Positions 38,183 through 46,711 of a stretch of 64,000 bases of DNA are shown one piece after another. Source of the stretch: Myxococcota bacterium (GTDB lineage: Bacteria; Myxococcota_A; UBA9160; UBA6930); assembly GCA_965223415.1 (NCBI GenBank), contig OZ245002.1, positions 1,088,001-1,152,000 of the forward strand, given 5' to 3'. A program made the translations under genes and the position numbers. The stretch's first letter is position 1. Every line of letters starts with the position of its first letter. The notes beneath the pieces are model-generated. The model worked only from the letters and a program-made list of their open reading frames with translations. It was not told the DNA's origin and made no database searches.

Positions 38183-40009
38183 TCAGTTCACGTCGAGGAA
38201 CAGCGAGATGAACTCCCCGGCCCGCGAGACCTCGACGGGAGTCGTCGTCAGGCCCAGCAGGCTCGGAATCGGGAACGAACCGAACGAATCCGCCAGGGAC
38301 GGCAGCGCCGTGTCGAGCGTGAATCCCAGCACGCTGGCCAGCACCGTCTCGTTCGTGTTGATGCGGTTGTCGATGATGTCGATGTGGATGCTTCCCGGCG
38401 CCACGCTGCCGATCGTCACGGCCAGCTCCCCTGCCACGAAGGCGAAGTCGAGACCGACCTGGGCATCGACGACCACCTCGACCAGCGGGACGTTGGTGCT
38501 CACCGGCTTCATCTTGATCACAAGGTGCGGCACGTGCATGAGCGCCAGCTCGCCGGCGGGCCCGGGGGCCCCGGTCACGAAGGGCGCCGCCCCCGGCTCG
38601 AGAACCAGCTCGATCAGCTCCGCCGGATCGAAGGCCGCCAGCTCGGGCACGAAGACCGAGAGCAGCCCGGCGGTGAGGGTCGTGGGACCGGCGCCCAGGT
38701 CCAGCTCGGTGATCGCGCCGGCGAGCAGCCCGCTCTCCACCTCCGCCTTCAGCAGCTGGTTGAAGGCGGACGTCCCGATGCACAGTCCCAGGCCGTAGGG
38801 CAGGCCGCTCACCGGCGTTGTCGTGCCGAAGACCGGAAAGACCTCGTCGATGTGGTAGGAGGCCGCGAGGTCCGGTGCGCTCCCGACGGGCATCGACGCG
38901 GTGATGCGCGCATCGGTTCCGATGGTGAGGCCGTTCGGATCCTCGTCGAGGGCGAAGTGGGGAGCCTCGAGGTTCACGCCGATCTGGGTGCCGATCGTGC
39001 CGTCGAGATCGAGGCCCGAGGTCGCGGTCTCGATGGCGTCAGCGATCGGGCCGTCCGCCGGGCCGGCACCGTCGGGATCCGTGAGGAAGGCCTGGAAGCC
39101 CTGGGTCACGTCGTCCTGGAGGTCCCCGATGATCAGCTGGATGATGTCGCCGATGATCAGCACGTCGCAGATGCCGCTCGTGAAGGTCTGGTTGAAGCCG
39201 GAGAAGCTGACGCCGATCGAGGTCTGGTTGACGTCCACGTTGGAGGGATCGACCGGATCCGGCTCCACCTCGTAGGTGCCGGGGAGATCGGTCTGGTTCG
39301 CCGTGAGGCGCACGCCGCAGGTCGGCACCAGGCCGGAGCCGTTGATGTGGATGTTGATCTCGAGGTCGAAGATCGAGACGGTGCCGGTCATCGCGTCGGT
39401 GATGGGCACGATGTCGAGGGCGAAACCGGAGATCGAGGGCGCGGGGCTCGCGACGGTGGTGGTGGACGACCCGAGACACGCGCCGAAGAGTGGATCGACG
39501 ATCTTGCAGCCGCTGTCGAGGACGGAGCCGACCGGAACGAGGGTCGCCGGGTCGAGCACGAAGAGGCTCGCCATCACCGGCTCCATGGCGTCGAGGCCCA
39601 CATCGGTGATGCGCATGGCCATGGCTTCGAGGGAGAAGTCGCCGTCCAGCACGGAATCCGCAGCGAACACGGTGATCCGCTCCCGGTAGTGGCCTCCCGA
39701 GACGGCCGAGACGACGATCGGGTTGACGATCGCCACCGGGTCGAGGGTGACGCTCGTGGACCAGGTGCCGTCCGGGTTGACCGGTACCGACACGCCGTCC
39801 ACCGTCAGCGACGGACTCTTCGGGTTGGTGATGCGCCCGGAGACCGTGATCGAGCCGGCCGTCGTGAAGGTGCCGTTCGGCGGCGACTCCACGATGAGGT
39901 TGGAGGACGGCGCGCAGGTCATGCCGAGGCTCAAGATCGCCAACAGGCCGAGGGCCGCAGCGGGCGCGAGACGAAGCGAGCGGGGGTCACGGGCGGGCTG
40001 AGGGCGCAT
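38183..40009 (-). CDS. Lipoprotein with Ig-like domain and BPI/LBP (TULIP)-like region
   Basis: GMTC lipobox; ITVSGRI..LTVDG..DGTWS Ig-like; MRITDVGLDA and IGTSAFNQLL..GLL resemble BPI/LBP N- and C-barrel starts. Confidence 0.55.
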   Translation of the reverse strand: MRPQPARDPRSLRLAPAAALGLLAILSLGMTCAPSSNLIVESPPNGTFTTAGSITVSGRITNPKSPSLTVDGVSVPVNPDGTWSTSVTLDPVAIVNPIVVSAVSGGHYRERITVFAADSVLDGDFSLEAMAMRITDVGLDAMEPVMASLFVLDPATLVPVGSVLDSGCKIVDPLFGACLGSSTTTVASPAPSISGFALDIVPITDAMTGTVSIFDLEINIHINGSGLVPTCGVRLTANQTDLPGTYEVEPDPVDPSNVDVNQTSIGVSFSGFNQTFTSGICDVLIIGDIIQLIIGDLQDDVTQGFQAFLTDPDGAGPADGPIADAIETATSGLDLDGTIGTQIGVNLEAPHFALDEDPNGLTIGTDARITASMPVGSAPDLAASYHIDEVFPVFGTTTPVSGLPYGLGLCIGTSAFNQLLKAEVESGLLAGAITELDLGAGPTTLTAGLLSVFVPELAAFDPAELIELVLEPGAAPFVTGAPGPAGELALMHVPHLVIKMKPVSTNVPLVEVVVDAQVGLDFAFVAGELAVTIGSVAPGSIHIDIIDNRINTNETVLASVLGFTLDTALPSLADSFGSFPIPSLLGLTTTPVEVSRAGEFISLFLDVN

Positions 40010-40040
40010 GCTCTCCTCCTTGTGGGCTGAACGAGGGTTA

Positions 40041-40056
40041 AGCAAGCCCGGTGCCA
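40041..40056 (-). promoter_or_regulatory. sigma54 -24/-12 promoter
   Basis: TGGCAC-CGGGC-TTGCT, 31 nt upstream of ATG 40009. Confidence 0.75.
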
Positions 40057-40162
40057 GCTGAGTGCGCAGAGAGCCCTTCGATTCCGAGGAGTTACGTGCC
40101 CTTTCCCGGCGGCCGGCGGCTCCGATGGGAACGCGCGTTCCACGAGTGGAACACGCTTTCCC

Positions 40163-41263
40163 CTACAGTTCGGCGAAGGGGACGACCCGCGTGTCCACCG
40201 GCGGATGCTCGGCCGCCCCGATCCAGCGGAAGAGCATGCCGCCCTCCCGGTGTCCCGCCGTCTCCAGCCGGTTCGGCCAGGCCGGGCCGGGATCCCGATG
40301 GGAGAGCACGATGCGCACGGAGCCGTCGGGCTCGAGGTGGGCGCTGTGCTGGTTCAGGTGGATGCGGTGGTAGCGGTAGTCGAGAGACTCCATCCAGTAG
40401 TTGCTCACCTGGAAGTTCCACGCCTCGCACGCGGGGATGCGCCGGGCCTCCACCACCAACGCCTCGTCCGGCTCGAGACGCCAATAGCTCTGCAGGTAGT
40501 GGATGTTCGCGTCGCCCCCCGCCTGCTGGCACTTCGCCTGGTCGTCGGAAGGGAGCTGGTTGATGTGGTTCGAGTAGTCCTGCATCCAGTCGGCGAACTT
40601 GTTGGCGGTGCCCGCGACGAAGGCGACCACGCGCTCGAGGGTGGCCTCGAGCTCGCCGGGATCGAGGGCGTCGTCCTCGGCGGCGCCGACTCGCTCGATG
40701 CGCAGGCGGGCCGGCTCTTCACCGGCGCGGTCGGCGAAGGTCTGCCGCACGATCAGCATCCGCGTCTCCGCCGTCATGGGCAGCCAGTTCCCGGGCCGGG
40801 GCTCGCAGGAGACGGCGATCTCGAAGCGCCCGTCGTCGTCGACCTCGAGAGCGTCCGCGTCGATCTGTCCGGTGGGCTCGAGATCGCCGCTCGTCCCGTA
40901 GCCGCCGGCCTTGGTGCCGAAGCTCAGATAGGGAACGGTGCCGCGCTGGCCGGCGATGCGGTACTCGTAGCGCCCGTTGATGGTGCAGTTCTGGTAGAAG
41001 TTGTCCGGGTTGTCGTTGCCGATCTTGATCGTCTCGTTCGCGAGCTGGTAGAAGCCGGGGAAGCGCGCGTCGCCCAGCTCGAGCTGGCTCTCGAGACCGG
41101 CCCGCAGGAGCCGCGTCAGGTAGCGGAAGCCCTCCGCCCGATCGAAGGGGGTGTGGGGCGTCTCCTCCCGCAGCACGACGTCTCCGGCCGCCTTGAGGCG
41201 ATCGCAGAAGGCGTGCCAGGCGCGGCCGTCGACCACACGCTGCTCGGCTTCACTCCATCCCAT
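40163..41263 (-). CDS. DUF1214-containing conserved protein
   Basis: RAEGFRYLTRL, IGNDNPDNFY, WMESLDY, DGSVRIVLSHRDPG. Confidence 0.75.
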   Translation of the reverse strand: MGWSEAEQRVVDGRAWHAFCDRLKAAGDVVLREETPHTPFDRAEGFRYLTRLLRAGLESQLELGDARFPGFYQLANETIKIGNDNPDNFYQNCTINGRYEYRIAGQRGTVPYLSFGTKAGGYGTSGDLEPTGQIDADALEVDDDGRFEIAVSCEPRPGNWLPMTAETRMLIVRQTFADRAGEEPARLRIERVGAAEDDALDPGELEATLERVVAFVAGTANKFADWMQDYSNHINQLPSDDQAKCQQAGGDANIHYLQSYWRLEPDEALVVEARRIPACEAWNFQVSNYWMESLDYRYHRIHLNQHSAHLEPDGSVRIVLSHRDPGPAWPNRLETAGHREGGMLFRWIGAAEHPPVDTRVVPFAEL

Positions 41264-41282
41264 GGTCGGATCCTCCGCTCGG

Positions 41283-42764
41283 TCAGAGCTGCAGGTCGCG
41301 CTCGGGCCCGACCCGCGCTTCGCGGCCGCAGAGCTCTTCCTCTGCGAGAAGGCCGAGCAGCCCGGGGTCCCTCGTCCCGGCCCAGGTGCGCGCGCCGTCC
41401 GGGGTGAGCGCCGCCACGATGGCCCGTTCCGGCGCCCCGTTCGCGTAGGGGACCACGCCGGTCTCGAGGGTGACGGGCCCGGTGTAGTCCGCCTGGTAGG
41501 CGCGGCGCGGGAGCGCGGCGGCGGCCTCGCTCAGGTCTTCGCTGACGAAACCCTCCGGGCGCGGCGTCGCGCCCAGGACGCCGAAGGCGTGCCGCGCCAC
41601 GAAGCCGCCGACCCCCGACACCATGGCGGGCCGCCTGCCGTCCTCCCGCAGGCGAAGCACCGTCGTGGCGAGGGAGTGCATCACGTAGCTGTTGAAGGGC
41701 CCGCCGGCGAAGGTGAGGCCACCGGTCACGGTCGGCGTGCCGGCCTCGTCGAGCCCGAGCTCCGCCACGGCGAGCTGCACCGCCGCGGGGAAGCAGCTGT
41801 AGAGATCGATACAGCCGAGCTCGTCCGCCTCCACCCCCGCCAGCTCGAGTGCGCGACGGGCGGCCAGGCCGAGGGTCGGCTCGGCGTGGAAGACGTCGCG
41901 ATCCGAGAGGTAGCCGGCGTTCTGGGCGTAGGTGCCGACCCAGGGGAAGACCCAGCGGTCGCGCGGCACGCCGGCCCGCATCGCGGCCTCCGCCGAGCAC
42001 ACGAGCAGCGCGGCGGCCTGATCGACGACCATGTTCGCGACCATGTACTTCGTGTAGGGCGCCGAGACCACGCGGTTGCCGTCCATCGGAGCGATGATCG
42101 CGTCGGCGTCGGGCGCGCTGCGGACCCACGCATAGGGGTTGTCCGCGGCCACCCGGGCAAAGCGCGCCCACAGGCCCGCGACCCGCGCACGGTGGGCCGC
42201 GACGGACTCGCCCCGCCGGTAGCGCATCGCCACCTCGAAGAGCCCGAAGCACTGGGTCGGGTTACGCAGACCCGCGGCGACGTCCGGATGGCGCTTCCAG
42301 TCACCGGGCGTCATGGGCCCCGGCTCGTGGTCGGGCGGGGGGCCTTCCTGGAGCGTGCGGCGGGGCTCGTCCCCTCGGGCCTTCGCGCGTCGCTTGCTGT
42401 GCTCTGCCTCACCACCGACCAGCAGCACCACGTCCTTCTTGCCGTCGCGCACGTCCGCCGCGGCGCCGCTGAGCTGGCTCAGCACGGTGGTCCCGCTGAT
42501 CGGAGCCAGCCAGGTCTCCGGCCGCTCGGCACCGAGACGTTCGGCCAGCCAAGCCCCGGGGTTGGCGTAGTTCCAGAGCCCCTTCGGCACGCGCAGCGCG
42601 TCGAGCTGGGCGAGCAGCCGGGGCGCACCGGCGTCCTCGGCGGCCAGGCGGGCCGCGCGCTCCATCAGCGCGAGCGGCTCCTCCGCCTCCGCGGGGTCCT
42701 CCACCCTCTGTACCACCTGCCCCACGCCGACCACCACCGGCGTCCGGGGATCGATCCCGCTCAT
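41283..42764 (-). CDS. Thiolase-like acetyl-CoA acetyltransferase family protein
   Basis: DPRTPVVVGVGQ, GGEA, VDQAAA, DLYSCFP, TGGLTFAGGP. Confidence 0.85.
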   Translation of the reverse strand: MSGIDPRTPVVVGVGQVVQRVEDPAEAEEPLALMERAARLAAEDAGAPRLLAQLDALRVPKGLWNYANPGAWLAERLGAERPETWLAPISGTTVLSQLSGAAADVRDGKKDVVLLVGGEAEHSKRRAKARGDEPRRTLQEGPPPDHEPGPMTPGDWKRHPDVAAGLRNPTQCFGLFEVAMRYRRGESVAAHRARVAGLWARFARVAADNPYAWVRSAPDADAIIAPMDGNRVVSAPYTKYMVANMVVDQAAALLVCSAEAAMRAGVPRDRWVFPWVGTYAQNAGYLSDRDVFHAEPTLGLAARRALELAGVEADELGCIDLYSCFPAAVQLAVAELGLDEAGTPTVTGGLTFAGGPFNSYVMHSLATTVLRLREDGRRPAMVSGVGGFVARHAFGVLGATPRPEGFVSEDLSEAAAALPRRAYQADYTGPVTLETGVVPYANGAPERAIVAALTPDGARTWAGTRDPGLLGLLAEEELCGREARVGPERDLQL

Positions 42765-42797
42765 GTCCACCACCGCAGTTCGGAGACGACGAGGACG

Positions 42798-44663
42798 TTA
42801 GCGGAGGGCGGTGCGGAGGCGGGAGAGGAGCTTGAGGAGGCCGTCGGCGCCGAGCTGGGCGGTGGCGAGCAGCGCTCGCGAGCGGCGGACGGCGCCTTCG
42901 AAATCGCCGTCCGCGCTCCTCGAGGCGAGCTGGAGATCGTGCAGCTCGCCCTGCACCAGGAAGCCCACCATCGGCAGGTGGCCCAGGCGCTCGCGCACCT
43001 TGTGCTCGGCCTGCTGGGCCGAGCGCAGGAGGGGTGCCGCGGCGCCGGCCCGGGCCCTCGCGAAGCGACCGAGCTTCTCGGCGCCGCGCTTCGCGTCGGC
43101 GCGCAGGGCCCGGGCCTCCGCCTCGAGTGCCCGGGCGGCGGCGAGCAGGACGCCCGGGTCCGAAGCGGTGCGTGCGCGCGCGGCCTCCGCCAGCCGCTCT
43201 TCGGTCGACAGCTCCGCGTGCGCCACCTCTTCGATCAGCGGGCCGAAAGCCCGGTGCTCGATACCTGGAATGCGCGCACCGCCCTCGGTGCAGTTGACGA
43301 GGCGCACGCCCTCCCGCGCCAGCAGCCCGCCGAGCGCCCGATACTCCTCGCGGAAGCTCGCGTAGGTGACGTCGGTCAGCACCCGGTCCCCGTTCCACCC
43401 CTCGACCCAGGTCGCACCCGGTGCCAGCTCGCGATCGGGCGTGTCCCGCTCGAAGAGCGCCGCCTTCTTCTTCAGGTCGGTAAAGTAGACGCTGCCGTCC
43501 GCTTCCTGCTCGACGCCGAGGTCCTCGTAGAGCGACCCCTCCGCATAACGTCGGCCGTCCGTGAAGGCCAGATCCTGGCCGATCAACATCACCCGGCCCG
43601 CGCCGAGGAAGGCCGCCAGGCCGACCGCCGCCACGGCGACGGTCCCCCCGGAGCGCAGCCAGGCCGTCTCGCCGAGGGCGGCGCCGAGCCAGACCGCGAA
43701 GGGGTTCGACGACTCGAAGCCGAGGAAGCGACGGCCCGGCGAGAGCTCGAAGAGCCGGGGATGAGCCTGAGGCACGAGCACGAGGTTCTGCGCGCCCAGG
43801 CTGGGAACGCGATCGAGCTGGTGACTCACGTCCTGGGTTTCGGTGACGACGACGAGGTCCGGCCGCACGCCGGCCCGCTCAAGCGCCGCGAGGCTCTGCC
43901 CGATGGCGATCACCAGCACCCGACTCCGGTAGCGGGCGACGAGCGGAAGCTGCTTCGGGAGCGAGGGGCCGGCCGCGCACACGACGGCGGGCGCGCCGGA
44001 GAAGGCGCCCTCGAGGGCCCCGATGCGCGACGCGCCCAGCAGGTGCGGCCCGTTCTCGATGCTGGTCAGCGCCCAGTGCCGAGACCAGGTCCGCAGGGTC
44101 GCGCACTGGACGTCCGCCGCCTCCTTCGTCCGGGCCACCCGGGCCACCGCGGAGCGCAGCGTCTCCGGCGCCACCCGCCCGAGCCCGGGATGGGGCAGGA
44201 CGTGCAGGGAGAGGCCCGGCGAATACCACTCGGTGAGGCGCTCACACAGCGCGTCCTCGTCGGTGACGACGGAGACGTGCTCGCCGCCGAGCGCCGCGAA
44301 GGGGCGCGCCGCGAACGCCGCCCGCAGGAGCCCCGTGTGGGGCTCGAAGACGATCAGCCGGCGGATGCCACGCCGCTGGAGCGCGTCCAGCTGATGACCG
44401 GTGCCCACACCGAGAGCCACCACCACGTCCGCGTCGTCGGGCACCCGGGCAGCGAGGCGCTCCCCGTCCGCGGCGGGATCGTAGGCCGAGGCGAGGAGCG
44501 TTCCGCGAAACGAGAGGGTCGTGGCGCCGCTCGGCCCCGCGACGGCCAGGACGTCCTCGTCGAAGGCACCCGCGATGCGCGAGGCCAGCTGGGGATCGGC
44601 GCGGCGCAGCCGCGAGAGATTGCGCTCGAGGTGGTCGCCGCTGGCGGGTGCAGGGGTCGGCAT
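42798..44663 (-). CDS. maf: Motility-associated factor (Maf, DUF115) flagellin glycosyltransferase
   Basis: LASAYDP, LGVGTGH, VVCAAGPSL, GVRPDLVV, GGTVA, LIGQDLAF, NCTEGGARIPG. Confidence 0.85.
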   Translation of the reverse strand: MPTPAPASGDHLERNLSRLRRADPQLASRIAGAFDEDVLAVAGPSGATTLSFRGTLLASAYDPAADGERLAARVPDDADVVVALGVGTGHQLDALQRRGIRRLIVFEPHTGLLRAAFAARPFAALGGEHVSVVTDEDALCERLTEWYSPGLSLHVLPHPGLGRVAPETLRSAVARVARTKEAADVQCATLRTWSRHWALTSIENGPHLLGASRIGALEGAFSGAPAVVCAAGPSLPKQLPLVARYRSRVLVIAIGQSLAALERAGVRPDLVVVTETQDVSHQLDRVPSLGAQNLVLVPQAHPRLFELSPGRRFLGFESSNPFAVWLGAALGETAWLRSGGTVAVAAVGLAAFLGAGRVMLIGQDLAFTDGRRYAEGSLYEDLGVEQEADGSVYFTDLKKKAALFERDTPDRELAPGATWVEGWNGDRVLTDVTYASFREEYRALGGLLAREGVRLVNCTEGGARIPGIEHRAFGPLIEEVAHAELSTEERLAEAARARTASDPGVLLAAARALEAEARALRADAKRGAEKLGRFARARAGAAAPLLRSAQQAEHKVRERLGHLPMVGFLVQGELHDLQLASRSADGDFEGAVRRSRALLATAQLGADGLLKLLSRLRTALR

Positions 44664-44680
44664 CGATGGGCAGCTGATGT

Positions 44681-44696
44681 TGCAAATGCAGTGCCA
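44681..44696 (-). promoter_or_regulatory. sigma54 -24/-12 promoter of maf
   Basis: TGGCAC-TGCAT-TTGCA, consensus match. Confidence 0.75.
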
Positions 44697-44858
44697 CGCA
44701 GCGGATCCGCGGCATGTGTCTTGCACCGGCGTGGCTTCGCCGACTTGGCGCCCGCGCGGAGGGTGACCGGCCGGCACCGCGTTTCAAAGTGAACGGTCCG
44801 GCGTTCAATTCGCCGGGCACCGAGGCCCTGACCCGACCCCCGTCTGGACGACCGATCG

Positions 44859-45746
44859 ATGCGCCTTCACCACGGACCCCGGTTCATCGCCGAGGTCTCG
44901 AGCAACCACCAGCGCGATCCCGAGCGTTGCCTCGCATTTGTCGATCGCGCCGCAGAGATCGGCTGCGACGGCGTCAAGTTCCAGCTCTTTCGCGTGGACG
45001 AGCTGTTCGCGCCGGAGGTGATCGCCGCGAGTCGGCTCCACCGTGCCCGGGAGGACTGGGAGCTTCCGGAGGAGCTCCTCCCGGCGATCGCCGCGCGTTG
45101 CCGCGCCCGCGGGCTGCTCTTCGGCTGCACGCCCTTCTCGCCACGGGCGGCCCGCGTGCTCGCGCCTCATGTGGACTTCGTGAAGATCGCCTCCTACGAG
45201 CTGCTCTACGAGCCGCTCCTCGAAGCCTGTGCCGGACTGGACCGACCGCTCGTGCTCTCCACCGGCATGGCGCGCGCCGACGAGGTGAGCCACGCCCTGA
45301 AGCGCATCGACGCCGCCGGATGTCGCGATCTCACGCTCCTCCACTGCGTGTCGGGCTACCCCACTCCGCCGGAGCAGGCGAACCTGGCGGCGATCGAGAC
45401 CCTGCGACGGCTGTCGGAAGCGGTGCTCGGACGCACCTGCGAGATCGGCTGGTCGGACCACAGCGTGGCGCCGGGCGTCGTACAGCGCGCCGTGCACCGC
45501 TACGGCGCGAGCCTCGTGGAGTTCCACCTCGACTTGGACGGCGAGGGGGCGGAGTACGCAAGCGGCCACTGCTGGCTCCCGGCGGCGATCGCCGCCGTGA
45601 TTGGCGACGTGCGCGCCGCCTTCCGCGCCGACGGCCGGGGCCACAAGGAGCCGGCGCCGTGCGAGCTGGCCGATCGCGCCTGGCGAGCCGATCCGGCCGA
45701 CGGCTGGCGCCCCCTGCGCGGCGCCCGGGCGGAGGTCGGCCCGTGA
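44859..45746 (+). CDS. Nonulosonic acid synthase (NeuB/PseI/SpsE family), lacking the C-terminal SAF domain
   Basis: FIAEVSSNH, VKFQ, KIASYE, LSTGM, LLHCVSGYP, GWSDH, VEFH. Confidence 0.9.
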   Translation: MRLHHGPRFIAEVSSNHQRDPERCLAFVDRAAEIGCDGVKFQLFRVDELFAPEVIAASRLHRAREDWELPEELLPAIAARCRARGLLFGCTPFSPRAARVLAPHVDFVKIASYELLYEPLLEACAGLDRPLVLSTGMARADEVSHALKRIDAAGCRDLTLLHCVSGYPTPPEQANLAAIETLRRLSEAVLGRTCEIGWSDHSVAPGVVQRAVHRYGASLVEFHLDLDGEGAEYASGHCWLPAAIAAVIGDVRAAFRADGRGHKEPAPCELADRAWRADPADGWRPLRGARAEVGP

Positions 45747-46711
45747 AGCGGCTCGTGATCGCGACGGCGGGGGGGGCCGAGCTCGGGGTCGGTCACGTGA
45801 TGCGGGCCGCGAGCCTGGCACGGGAAGCGGTCTCCCACGGAATCGGCACGGTGATGCACGTCGCCGGCGAGGAATCGGTGCGGCGCGCGGCCGCACGGGA
45901 GATCCCGGAGGTTCCGATCGAGCCGTGGGATGGCGTGTCGCACGTGGCGGCGAACGCGAGGGGCCTCTTGATCGACGCGCCCCACCCGATCGCGCCGGTC
46001 GTCGACGCAGCCCGCGCCGCCGGTGTGCCGACCACAGTGCTCGACCGCCTCGACACGCTCGAGACGGCGAGCTGGACCGTCCTGCCCGTCCTCCACGCCG
46101 AGCCCCGCGCACACCCGCGCCTGCGCCACGGCGCGGACTGGTGCGTGCTCGAGCCCCGTCGCCTGGGGCTCCCCGTGCCGTCGTTCCCCGGTGAGCGAGA
46201 TCTCCTCCTCGTCGCGTTTGGCGGCGCCGACGCGGGCGGCTGGACGCGCCAGGTCGCCGAGGCCCTCCCCGCACCGCCGCCGTCCGGGCTCCGGCCGGTG
46301 TTCGCCGTCGGGCCGGCGGCGCCGCCGGAACGTGCCGACGAGCTGGCTCCCTACGGCGAGGTGCTGCGCGCGCCGAGTCGGCGCGAGCTCTTCGCCTGGA
46401 TGGGCCGCGCTCGCCTCGCGGTGTGCGGCTTCGGTGTGACCCTCTACGAGCTCGCCGCCCTGGGCACCCCGGCGCTGGTGTTCGCGCGAGACGACGCCGA
46501 TGCCACCGCAGCACTCCGCCTGTCCGAGCGGGGCATCGGTCGGCTGGTGGGTCCCGCGGGCGGCTTCGACGCGGACGCGTTCCGGGACGCACTGGTCGAC
46601 GCCTTGCACGACGACTGGCCGGAGCGCACCCACCGCCAGGGCCTCCAAGCCCTCGGCGACGGCGCCGGCGCCGGGCGCATCCTCGAGCTCACCCTGGGAG
46701 ATCGGCGATGA
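45743..46711 (+). CDS. PseG/SpsG-like nucleotide-sugar hydrolase (GT-B fold)
   Basis: GVGHVMR, VAFGGAD, GVTLYELAALGTP, GDGAGAGRI. Confidence 0.8.
   Translation: MKRLVIATAGGAELGVGHVMRAASLAREAVSHGIGTVMHVAGEESVRRAAAREIPEVPIEPWDGVSHVAANARGLLIDAPHPIAPVVDAARAAGVPTTVLDRLDTLETASWTVLPVLHAEPRAHPRLRHGADWCVLEPRRLGLPVPSFPGERDLLLVAFGGADAGGWTRQVAEALPAPPPSGLRPVFAVGPAAPPERADELAPYGEVLRAPSRRELFAWMGRARLAVCGFGVTLYELAALGTPALVFARDDADATAALRLSERGIGRLVGPAGGFDADAFRDALVDALHDDWPERTHRQGLQALGDGAGAGRILELTLGDRR

Noticed and set aside
41151..44792. 1213-aa plus-strand ORF and many similar long ORFs (e.g. 8389-10140, 16217-18778, 37943-40030)
   Set aside because: Antisense or off-frame shadows of well-supported genes, typical of high-GC DNA; no motifs
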